Positions 25,904 to 38,444 of a stretch of 64,000 nucleotides of DNA are shown here, piece by piece. The notes beneath the pieces were generated by a model that did no database searches, was not told the origin of the DNA, and saw nothing but the letters and a program-made list of their open reading frames with translations. A program made the position numbers and the translations under genes. How positions within the stretch are numbered: position 1 is the stretch's first letter; every line of letters begins with the position of its first letter. Source of the stretch: Auanema rhodensis. Its lineage: Eukaryota > Animalia > Nematoda. The stretch covers positions 15,314,001 through 15,378,000 of the forward strand of contig OZ059894.1 in NCBI GenBank assembly GCA_964057225.1, given 5' to 3'.

Positions 25904-28778
25904 GTTCTGTAGAATATAATATGATTTTTGATAAATAGATAGATATATTCACATATTTAATAACTAAACAAATTATTTCTGCATGAAAAAGCACAAATAA
26001 ACCAAATGAGGACAGAAACCAAATGAACAACTACGAATGCAAATGGTAATATGGAGGATTGCACAATCTTATCTATGTTCAAACTATGTGAAGGAAAATT
26101 AGAAATCACGAAAATTTATAGAAATTCCGGATATCCGTAATACTATTGGCAATAATTTGAATAAAATTTCATAATTCATAGATTATACATTCGCAAAATA
26201 TCATATAAACGTTTAACAAACTCAGTTTTGGTTTCTCCAGAAGTAACAATGTATTCAGAATTAGAATATGTTTAAATAAATTCAGAACCTAAAAAGTACT
26301 TTAACAAAAAAAAAATTAAACCAATTTGGATTCTAATTATAAAATTGAAGTTATTATATTGAAGCATATTACATATTTACATATATATGACGATAATTGT
26401 TTATTTTATATTCATTTCATTACACTTCACTAGTTTTTTTAACTATAATTTATAAAAAAATAATATATAGTATATATAAAAATATTTTATCAATTTATAT
26501 CAAAATATCAACTTTTATGTTTCAAATATTTTATTTTAACAAATAGAAAGTAAGGGAGAGAAATCATTCAATTGGTTTGTTCAATGAAAATTATTCCTCT
26601 GTTAAATATAATTGATAGGAAATTTGGTTGGTGTTAGAGAGAGAGAGAAACAAATTGAGAGGGAGAAAGAGAAAGATAGAGAATAGCATAAGCTCACCAT
26701 CTATTTAGAAAATATTCCAGCAGATACATATATAAGCAAAATGAAATAAATTTGAGTTTATTCTTTATGTACAATAAAGAAAAAATGAGTTTTTTTTATA
26801 TTTCAAACCTATATAGTTATTTGATATTTTATTTTCAAAAGTATAGACTTTTATTTTTAAAAATAATTATTAAAGGTTAGAGTTAAATTAGATGGTTATG
26901 TATGAAATATGAAAATTATCAATATACGTATTAAACCTTATAAGGTTCATTATTTTTTTATTTTGAAATTTTAAAAAAGATTTTAAAATAAAAGAAATAT
27001 GAATACACAGCATAGTATAAGATAAATTGAAAAGTTTAACCTTTTATGTTGTTTAATTGTCATTTTAATCTCCATATATGTATGATCAAATGGTAACCTT
27101 TTTAATTATTTGTGTGGGCAGCAGAATCAAAAAAAAACTGATGGAGAATTAGAAATTTTTGTTTTTTTGAATATAAAGCATTACGTGTGAAAGAAAACAA
27201 TATTAAAAGATTATGATTGATAAAAAAGAATAAAAAAGAAAATTCTTAATTATTAATTAAATACAACACAATTTTTCAGAAAAAGCTGAATATTTTTAAT
27301 TTCAATGAGGTGTTAAAATAAAGATAAAAATATTCGTTAAGATAGACAGAAAACTAAACCGATGATACTTTCATGTACAATAAGCTTTTTGAAGCTTAGA
27401 AAGGTTATATTCGTGAAATAAAGTAGAAAACGTATAAAAACAATAAATTTTGTTAAATTTTGTTGGAATTTTATCATAAAAAGTTTGAAACTTTGATTAG
27501 AAACTGTGAGCGACAATCGGGTTACCAAGGAGACTCCTAGTTTCATATAAAGATTGATAACGAATAATTTAGATTGTCTTATATAGATGGTTCAATATAA
27601 GTACATGGTTCATGAGAACTTTAAATACAAACTGTTGTCCAGAGTTCATCATTACTTCTAACTTATCTAAAATTACGTTAAATTATAAAAAAAGTGGAAA
27701 CGAGAATAATATTGAGCCTGCTCCACCACAAGCTTTACAAGTCGGAAAGCAGGTAAGAGAATAAATGCTGTGAAATGCTGCCATAATAGGTTTATTTGTA
27801 ATTTTTTAAATGAGTTTGAAATAGAAAAAACAACTTTTTTAAATCTTTTTTGTTAATAAGATATTTACAAGATACAAATAAAATAACTACAACATGTGAC
27901 AATATATTTTGAAAGTTTCATTTTTGATAAACATCAAGTTTATGAAATTTTACGTTTATCCAACATTTTTACTATATATATATATTTACTATAAAAAAAA
28001 TGATTAAAATATATATAATTAGACAGGATTATGTAATGTTCATGATTTTCATCTATTTCATCAAAACTTAATGTGCATATAACTATTATTATTGCTAATA
28101 TAATAATTCAAAAACTCATATTTTTTAGAAGAAAATATGAAAAAATGATGAAAAGTAATATTGAATATGTGTATATATTACAAAAATAAAATTTTTTAAA
28201 AAATGATTGTACATAAATGGAAATACAAATATAGAGACATATAGAGAAGTAAGTAAGTATGTATCAAACATTGTATATAATCTACTACTAGTAAATATTA
28301 TAACTAATACTAATCTAATATTGAAAAAAAAATTAAAAATTTTGAAGATTATAACATCTGTAATTAAATATAAATTTAACTATATTACGTTATTTGATTT
28401 TTTTTATAGTTAATATTCATTCTAGAAGTTTATTTTCATTTTATGAATCTTATGCATACACACGATTAAATAGAATATGTGAATGTACATAGTATGTGCC
28501 TACATAAAAATTATTAAAAAGTATATTAATTATATTTACCAACTCTTAAAATAGAATATTATATATATATATATATATATTTCTTTATTAAACTTTTTCA
28601 AAATTATATTTTTGTTTCGAAATGAAAAGAATATCAAGAGAAAACAAATGAGAAAAGTGTGGTAAATCCTGATAAATCCAAAATTAGATGGACGCAACGA
28701 TGACGAGGGAAACTAATTCAAAGATTTTATTAAATAATATATTTATTATTATTAATTCTTTCTGTTAATATTCAATGT

Positions 28779-31732
28779 TTACATAACTGCATTGATAACA
28801 TTTAAATTTTGTCTATCATTATGAGCAAATTGTTGAGGACGATAAAGGGCATCACGAGGCAACATGTAGAGTGGCTTTCTGGCAAATTTCACTTGTGGAT
28901 GAGTATCACCGTATTTATTCATAGAAATTCCTATTGGAAGACGTCCATATCCTCTGAATTGGAGTGGAGCTCCTACTCGATATCCATACCTTCTGGTAGT
29001 ATAGTATCCTCTAACGGTAGTGTATACTGGAGCACGAGTTGTTTGAGCATAATATGGTGATCGGGTAGTAATGTAGTAAACTGGACGTTGGGTAGTTGTG
29101 TAATAATAATTTGGTCTGGTTGTTTGATAAACCGGTGGTCTGGTAGTATACACTGGTGGAGCTTGAGTATAGGTTGGTGGTGATGCTGGTGGTCCACGAC
29201 GTGGTCCTCGGATGAAGTCGAGGAACTTCTGGACGATTGGAGTAATGTTATTTAGGAATGGAATTCCAGGAATGTAGTCTCCCAATGTTTGGAAACCACA
29301 AGTAGCAGAGCGAACATTTGTAGTGAGGAGGTAGCAAGAGCTGCAAATCGAAAGGTAATGATGTAAAGCAGTTTCTTGAACTTACTTGCATGAAACTTTG
29401 CAATTTTCTTGCATGTATGTTGGGTTTCGTTGGCATTCTCCGCCGCGGGCCCATGATGGACAGCTGGGATGGAGATCGACACAAGCTAGAAGAAAATAAA
29501 TTTTTAAAATTCGATAAGGAAAAGTAAAACCTGGTCCATTCCAGTTACTTGGTCCAGTACAAATGTTACATGAAGGTTGACAGTATTCTCTCATGTAGAC
29601 AGCGTATTCTGGGCGGGCACAGTATCCACTATCTCTCCATACAACACAACAGTAATGAGAGTTCAAACAAGCTGAATATATAAACAAGGTTCAAATACAG
29701 TTGTTACTATAATTACTGTTTGATGGAGTTCCAGAAGTGGTGGTAGCTCTAGTTGTGGTAGTCGTAGAAGGTGTAGGTCTTGGAGTAGTGGTAGTAGTTG
29801 TGGTAGTAGTTGTAGTTTGAGATTGCTTAAATTGAAGCATTTTATGATTGTACAGTATATCAGAAAACTTACTGCTTGACAAACTCCATTAACACATACA
29901 GAATTGTAACAATTGTCTTCATCTATAATATCATTATTATTTTATTCGACAACTTTCTTTAAACTTACTTCTATTATATCCACGGCAGTTACCTCCAAGC
30001 ATGATTTTTGCAGAGCAACGTGGGTTTCCATGAGATAAGTCACAGAAGAGATATCTAAAAAGAAATTTATATTCTCGAATAAGTAATATTTTTCATTTTC
30101 CAAATAGTTTTAGATGTAACTTACTTGGAGTTACAACCGTTGATATTATTAGCTGCACATGTTGGTCGTGGAGCATACGAGAAAAGCTCATCTAAAATAA
30201 CCTCATTTTCGTAGAATTTCAATGTTTTTAATATATTTTTGTTATTTTTCAACTGTTTCTTCAAGACATACCAGTGTACATGTTTGTAAGTCCATCAGAA
30301 TTGGTTAATGGTCCGAAGGGCTGCATTTCACTGTTTCCGTTATGAACAGTGGAGAAGCATCTGGAGTCTGTTTGAGGATATTGTGTTTGTCTAGCATCTC
30401 TTGACTATCATGTGAAATATTTGGTTCAGAATTCCTTCTTATGATGTTACCTGCCAACGGAGTCTCCATTGTTCCCAGAGATAATCAATGAAAGAGTGAT
30501 GTTGATAGAAGATAGGATCATTGGTTGATCGAGTAGTTACCAACATGTCACCTTAAACAAATTTTTTTAAACTTTTCATAAGCAACTTTTCTTACCTCCT
30601 ACGAAATTGTGAGGATTTCCGTGAGTATATTCTAAAGCAGACCATCCAGCTCTAACTTGGCAACCCTGAAATGATTTTCTCAAATCACACGATATAATAA
30701 ACTATCTACAAACATTAGCTGGAGCAGTAGCAGCTAAAACTTGATTTATATCAGAAGTTCCCATTAATGTATTGATTTCAGAATCTGTGAAAAGTGATCC
30801 TTGTCCTTGAGAACGAGTAACAATACGAGAATTCTAGAATGTTATGTAAGATATAAATATATAATTAAATATTCCACAAACATCAAGAATTCTCCAGTTA
30901 GCAAATGCTCCGGTCACAACTTGGTTGTTGTTATTCGTGGATCCCATAAGTTCGTTACTCCACATTACTGATTGCCGAGGGTTTGGAAGACCGGAATCGA
31001 GGGATGAATCCCAGTATGGTATAGCGACATCAAGATCGACAGTACGAAGAGCAAATTCAAGTCTTGAACAAAAAGCTTAACTATTAAGTTTTTTTTAGCA
31101 CCTACCGTTTAAGGAATTCTCTGTGCCATGGCAAGAAAGCTGGTCCAGAGTGTGCACCAGGAGAAGTGCGGAACTCGGAATGAACTCTAGATATACGATC
31201 GTATTCACCATTGTTTTTGATAGTCCACATTGCGTTATGATATCTATAAGTAATAAATAACCTATAATTTTCTTCTATTTCAGGATTAACCTGGTTCTTT
31301 CATTATCTGAAAGAGCACGGTATTCTTTTCTATAAGCTCTTTGAACAACTCTTCCATTTACGGAACAAGGATTACCAGAACCTACAAGCACAAAATGATG
31401 AAATATTTAAATGTGATAATTACCTCCAAGGAATCCACAGAAGCATGAGAGAGTCATACATTGATCCTTGCTTTGAGGCTGTTGAGGAATAGCAGAGAGA
31501 CCATTAGCAAAAGTAGCGATAGCTGCTACTTTTGGTTTACCTTCAATACCCTGAATTCAGAAAAGTACAAAGCTAAATTATAGTTTGTTAATACTGCAGT
31601 GTTAGATTTCCAATTTGTAATCTGTTCACAGATAATACGAAGACTGGAAGATGGAGCTGATGCACAGTCTTGAGCTAGTACCAAGCTTGGTATAGACAGC
31701 GCCCATACGAGAGCTACAAGATAAGTTCTCAT
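28779..31732 (-). CDS. Secreted tyrosinase (tyr family) with C-terminal ShKT domains, Thr-rich linker and Pro/Thr/Tyr-rich tail
   Basis: Signal peptide MRTYLVALVWALSIPSLVLA. CuA region HSEFRTSPGAHSGPAFLPWHREFLKR and AIPYWDSSLD. CuB region LEYTHGNPHNFVGGDM..NDPIFYQHHSFID. ShKT motifs CLNSHYCCVVWRDSGYC..YMREYCQPSCNIC and CVDLHPSCPSWARGGECQRNPTYMQENCKVSC. Confidence 0.95.
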
Positions 31733-33318
31733 AGCTAAAAATAAAAATTTTCAAATTTAAAACACATTCAAAAACAATTTCAATAAAATCTTATAATGAA
31801 AAAGTGATGTCATAACTCTCCAACGTCAAGCATAGTGGTTAACCCATTGCTAAATGCTCGTGCGCATCCAGTATCACCCAGTTAAAAAGGCATTCGGTAA
31901 TCAAATTTGGGTCAAATAATTTAGCCAACAACTTCAATGTTGTAAGCATCGTATTATTAATATATCAGTTTTTTTTTAAATGGGTTAACAAGTTACTACA
32001 GGTACTTCCTAAGAAAACATAGTACCTTTTACTATATAATCACCAACCTTGAAATATATTATAATATCTTTTCCTATTCTGGCATTATAAAACTGTGAAT
32101 AACTTTTAAATACTATATCTATTTTTCTAGATCATTTGCGTGAGATGTCTAAGAATTCAGCATCTCCATGTGTTTTTCGTTTATCATTTTCGCTCAAAAA
32201 GATCACGGAACTGTCAGGAAGACTAAAGAAAATCCATAAACTGCTAATAAAATATTAACCTTTTTGTTCACCTGAACGTATTCAAAACAATGTAAATTCA
32301 TTTTTATGAACTGAGCTTCAACCTGGATTAAATCGACCCAGAGCAGGAAATGCAACCGGTCTGTCCAATAAGAACAATTAAAATGACATTAATCGCGCTT
32401 CCAGTATTGTTAATTTTTCAGAAACCATCTCTCCATCCCATCAAAATAATGACATCACTTTAAAAAACTGATGATGCGAATATACTAAGTATTTAATTCT
32501 ACTGATCGATGATTGTGGACACCGTTTATTGGTGTTAAACTGTTAAATATATCCGAATGCTTAAGAATAGAGATTAGAATACAATGTTTTTCCTTTTTTT
32601 CTAATTCTCAAAGCATGAACGTTTTCAAATGCAAGTTAAATAGCATAAATTTCGAAGAAGTACCGGTTAAGCTTATTATGGTTACACTCTCCATACAAAT
32701 AAATATATTTGCAGAGTTGTACAAATGCAAACTTTGATTTCAAGCATTTTTGAATTTTCGTATTTACCTGAAGTCAAACATGGACATTCTCATTATAATT
32801 CAAGGATTAACTTTGTTGCAAATGTATTAAGTATGTTTTCGGTTACAATATACGTGAACATACGCTTAGAAATCACGGACAATAAATTACGTATATGTTG
32901 AAAACAATTTTGTAAAATTTATTATTGCTCTAGTTATTCATAAATTTTAATCAATCTAAATATATAATAATATTCATCATCAACACTGTACAAGAAAATA
33001 ACTTTATCAAAATTTTCATTTTCATTTTCATTAATATTAATAGATTACATCATTAATATTTCATTGCAAAACTCGATATCTTTAGCTATATTTTAATGTA
33101 ATTCGAAGACTTGAAATTATTTCATATTTTGTTTTCTATTTTTGAGTGCCTGTGTTAGATATTTTCCTCATTTTCAGACTGTATTTCTTTAATATAATTA
33201 AGGAGGTAACTATGAGAATTCCTAATTTTGTTCTTCAAGATAAAAATTACGCTTGCTGCGTACGTGTGACATTTTCGTCTACACGGAAGTACATGCAAGT
33301 TTTTTTCATTTTTCAAAT

Positions 33319-34128
33319 ATGTCTGTTGCAACTAAAAGAAGATTTATCACCAACAAGGTAAATTAATTCGTATTATTGTGTAATTTTCATATTTAGGTGG
33401 AAAGTGAATTGTACGACCTAGTGGATGGGGATATTATTGCTCAAGTTAAAGGTGCCCGTGGAAATAATTTGCACGAGGTTTTTTCAAAGTTTGGACGCAT
33501 TGTAATAATTTTGTTCAAGGTAGAAGATGAATTTGGAGAAACTTATGTTGTTAGCATGCCTCAAAAATTTAGAAAAGCTGTTTGGATACGACGGGGGCAG
33601 TTTGTTATTATTAGGTCTATTGAAGAAGGAGATAAAGTAATACTGTATATTTTATTCACTTAATGGCTATTTCCATTTTTTAGGTAAAAGGAGAAATAGA
33701 ACATGTTTTAGATGAAGAAAATGTATTGTATATTAGAGATCTTAAAAAGTAATTTCTCTGTTAATGTTTACACGTTCACGTTTTTTTTAATTTAGATGGC
33801 CAGAAAGATTCGAAGAGTGTGCTGAGCAAATGACTAGGAATGCTAAAAGAGGTAATACCGGTGATCATCCCATGATTGATGACGATATGCTTCCTCCAAG
33901 GTATTTCTATCATAATTTTCTCTTAAAAACCTGTTATTTAGTGATAGCGACTACTCCGATGAAGATAATGATGATGAAGAGATGGATGAGGGAGATGAAG
34001 GTAAACTTTCTAGCATGTTGCTTAGCTGATATCTATTTTTAGAATATTCTGGCAGTGGCGAGGATGACAATGAAGATACTGAAGAAACGGAGAGCTGTAA
34101 TCCTAATAGAGCAGCTGCACCCGAATGA
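33319..34128 (+). CDS. EIF1AD: eIF1A-domain RNA-binding protein (EIF1AD) with acidic tail
   Basis: MSVATKRRFITNK|VESELY..IAQVKGARGNNLHE|VEDEFGETYVVSMPQKFRKAVWIRRGQFVII..IEEGDK|VKGEIEHVL..WPERF..DMLPPSDSD..NPNR matches the EIF1AD family signature. Confidence 0.93.
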
Positions 34129-35265
34129 AGTTTAAATTGTGATTATATAATAAATAAACTGATTTTTATACTATGTATTTCTTACACACATGAGGTTCAT
34201 TCCATGAAATATCTAGGTTACACGTAATTGAACTCTGGGAGGGGCTTAATTATCGTCTTCCTTGATCAAGCTTACATTTGGCCTATTGTCCTCGTCTGGT
34301 TCCTTGGGGGTGCAGTGATTAGCTGATTAGTTTATCTGCAGCGGTGATTACAAACCAGATTTATAGTTATAAGAAGAATTTGAGCCTACCATTTTATTTG
34401 CTAAGCTTAAGAAAAATGGCAATCTTCCCTAGTTTCCGTAAGAGGTGATTTTTTTCAATAACACTTTTCATCATTTTATACGCAGGACAATATAATTTTT
34501 CAATTCTTTCTCTTTTCCATGGCGCTTGACGGCCACGACACAACGAGAAGATTTATTAATCATCCCAACCTTTTCACTCGTTTGAAACAAATCGAAATTT
34601 TTAAAATATTGATTGATCAATAGCGATCGCAGGTCACTTCACTTGCTGTTCTATCACCCTGGAAATATTTTGACTGGTCACATGCACACCGATATTTCTT
34701 TAACAAAAGTTGATTTCATTTCTAATATTATGCCTAGCTAGTTTCAGTTTGTTGGTGCCTTTTGTACTGTTAACATGTATTTTTATGTTATCAGACAGAG
34801 GTTCTTCTTATCACTCTGAACGACTATCGATCTTCTGCGACTTAATCGCTCTTCTTTGTTCTGGATATGTATACCTTTTCTGTTAAAAAACTTTAGGTCT
34901 TCTTGTTTTCATAACAATTATTATTTTCCCAATTTAAACTTTAAATATTTATTTTTTATTCAAATTTTATTCAAATTTATCTTCTTGTGGTCCAATATCA
35001 GGAATACCTGTTTATCAATGCGGTCTTTTTGGGCTGTTAAATATGTGAATCAATCGTTTTATTCATTGTAATGGGACTCTCCTACTTCTATAGTTTTTGA
35101 AATTAGAAATTGCTATCTAGTTCTCTGGGTTATTTTGAAATTCCTGTTTTTAATTAATTACCTGCATAATAGTTTTATTGTAGTAACAGTAATAGTAATA
35201 ACCCAAATCGTGTCGATCTTCTAATGTTTAACTACCACCCTTTCTTCAGATCGTCTACTAAGAAA

Positions 35266-36150
35266 ATGGGCAACAGCAGCTCCCTTATGCTTCGAGAGGA
35301 AGAAATTGACGAAATCGTCAAAGAAACTGAATGTAAGTCTCCTTTTATGTTCAACTTTTGTCATCAAAATACGTTATAGTCAACAGGAATCAGATTGTTC
35401 GTTTGTACAGCAGATTTCTATCTCTTGACAAGAAAGGTAAAACTACTTTGAGACAATTGCATAGAGAAAGTATTCTTTTAAGGTCAGGGCTTTTTATCTA
35501 GAGATGATTTCCTTAATGTACCTGAGTTAGCTGTTAATCCTTTGGGAGATCGTATTGTTGATGCTTTCTTCACTTTAGCGTTAGTTATGCAAAATAGCTA
35601 TAAATTAATGTGGTACCTTTTAGTGGAGATAATGAGCAACAACTTAATTTCCGTCAATTTGTTCGCATCTTGGCTCATTTCCAGCCAATTAATAGAACTA
35701 AAAACAATTCTTTAAATAGTCGCAGTCAAAAATTACGATGTAAATTATCATTTCCCTTTTCTTTTTTTTACAAAAAGGTGTTTTTAGTTGCTTTTCAAAT
35801 GTATGATCTCAACAAGAATGGATATATTACTCGGGAAGAGTTTAAAGTTATTTTAAACAGTATGGTTGGTGCAAATATTACTGCTGAACAGGTATGGTTT
35901 TATTATTTTTGTAAATAATATTTAACTTATTTACCTAATATATATTGCTTAGTTTATTCTATTTTTGTAGCTTGACAAGATTGCTGATAGGACAATTGAA
36001 GAAGCTGATGGTGATCAAGATGGTAAAATTTCATTCGAGGAATTCTGCCGAGTAAGCATATTTATATTCAGAATTTTATAAAAGATCCCAATTTAGGCAA
36101 TGGAAAAGACTGATATAGAGGAGAAGATGTCCATTCGGTTCCTCAACTAA
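35266..36150 (+). CDS. CHP1: Calcineurin B homologous protein (CHP1-like EF-hand protein)
   Basis: MGNSSSLMLREEEI..QIVRLYSRFLSLDK..LSRDDFLNVPELAVNPLGDRIVDAFF..FAFQMYDLNKNGYITREE..QLDKIADRTIEEADGDQDGKISFEEFCRAMEKTDIEEKMSIRFLN*. A TTCAG acceptor lies 16 nt before the ATG. Confidence 0.95.
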
Positions 36151-38444
36151 GTAGTGATTTTCGTCTCAGTCCAATAACACTATCCTTCCTGCTTTTGTTA
36201 AGTATTCTCCTATATACACATACTTGTTGTTACTACACTGAGAAGAAAGTGGTTTTATAATATTTCTCCTTAATGAAATAATTTTTTTTAAAGAAAAGTA
36301 ACATTTCTTTGCATAATTATTTATCAAATTCTGTATATCATACGTATATATATTTATATTTGCCCCGGACAGTTTCATTCCAAGCAAATTTTTTCTAGTC
36401 GTCTTTTTTCAATTTGCCTTCGGTATACTTGCAACAAAGAGAATAAATTTTGAGTTATTACATCTTACTTTTCGCTAAAGAACTATGAATTCTTTGTATC
36501 TATTGTTAATGTTGTTCCCGTAAGTCTTAGTTTTCTCATAAGAAGGGGCGGGGTTCAGTGGGAGGAGTTTTATGAAATGACTTGTTTCGTTAGAACATGC
36601 AACTCCTTCGTATTGTTCTGGTAAGATATTAATATTTTTATGATTTTTAATAATATTTTCAAAATTATCTAATTTTTATTAATTTTTGGACAGTTTCTTC
36701 TTGTATGATAAAGGTTCATTGGGTTTATGTGTTGAGCGCGTGGCCTGACATCCTCGTTTCCGACAGTTTCGTTCCGTTCCCAGATATCTTTCTTTGAAGA
36801 ACATGATTTTTATGATAAAGTATTGAAGAAATGAAAAATGAAGTATATCTAGAATTACTCTTATTTTAACTTTGATCTTTATTTCATCTAACTTTCTTAT
36901 ATTATCTATTTCTCTCCGTTTTCTCCCAATTTTTGAAGAGCTGAAACAAACGGTTTGATATCAGTTTACGTTAAGAGAGACAATGTATAAACAGGAAGGA
37001 AGACAAATCTCTATGATTGGCTATCTAGTTGTCCGAAAAAGAAGTCATCTTTCTTAGTATCAGAAGACCTTGAGATATGGTTCCACATACACACTTACAC
37101 GACGATGACAAAGGGCAGTCTTGATAACGATGTGTCTCCAAATTTGGCAATCTATCTATTTCGAGTATATTGATTTCGTTTTGTTTGAATATAGTGAATA
37201 CGTAAATATGTATGCATGCAGATATGTAGGTGAGACCTGTTGTAGAGTCAAGTCGGCTTACTCTGAAAGCCGTTTCCTCATTTTCTGATCAGCTCCTTAT
37301 TCACATCATCTTTCAACTCGTTTGTACATTTTGCTACAACGGTACAAGTAGACGAACGGCGATAAAGACCACATTGACTACAACAAGATAGATGACCAGC
37401 TGTGCTGATGCACCAGATTCACTAGCTGATTTCATAATATATTCATTTAATTTAATATGACGAATATAGAGAGAAGAATGGAGAGAATAATTCGAGAGTT
37501 TAGCTTATTTATGAAGTTGTTCCACTTTTCTATCTCTTATATCCCATATTTCTATAATTCAATAATAATAATAATATCTTGTCTTGTATGCAAACATTGA
37601 ATGTGTAATCTATAGTAAAAATTATATTTTTTTAAAAAATAAATATACAAAAATAATTATTATACCTAATACTTGCCAAAACTAGTACATTACCTAAAAA
37701 AAATTATTTTTATCAATATTAAATGCAATTTTTCTTATTTGAGCTTTTAATAGGTCAAGCACCCTTAACATAAACTATTCGCAAAATATTACTTGGCCTA
37801 AATAATATTTCTACTTCATTTTGCGAGTTCATGAAACTTTTAGAAAAAAAAATAACAAGCAAAATCTTTTTTTTTACGGTATTTTCTTAGTTCATTGGAA
37901 TTTACTTCCTTCCCTCGTCATTGAGAACTTTCTCTGCCATATGCATAGGATTTGTTGAACCATTAAAATTTTTTTGCACATTATTTTATTTAGTACTTTC
38001 TACTTTTTTGGTATTTTTATTGCATACATGACATGAATCCAGTTTGAAGATTAACGCCATCTAGATCTGGCAAGTAGAAAAAAGATGGAAAGAGAAAGTC
38101 AATGAGGCAAAACACTGCCATCGAGTTCAAACATCTAAGATAGACATACTTTCTACTCCATTAAATAGCTTCTTCGGGATGATCATAGCGTTGACGTCAT
38201 AGCATTCATATGATATAATCATATAATTTGATAAAAAAGTTACACATAGCATACATATCTGTATCTATTTACATCGTACTAGTTCGTAAACTCGTTCGCT
38301 TGTGTTCTTTTACCCCATGAAACCCTTTCAAAAAATTTCTCTCCCTTTTTTGTAGACTAATTTGCCAAAACATGTGAAGAGAAAAGAAACAGAAACACGT
38401 AACTGTTTCTAAAAACTTCTGTTTTTTTAATTAATCAGAAAACG

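Noticed and set aside
28809-29484. Overlapping ORFs in alternative frames and on the opposite strand
   Set aside because: They are shadows of the tyrosinase last exons.
32140-32800. Minus-strand exon-like pieces between tyrosinase and EIF1AD
   Set aside because: Stops occur in all frames and no protein is recognisable.
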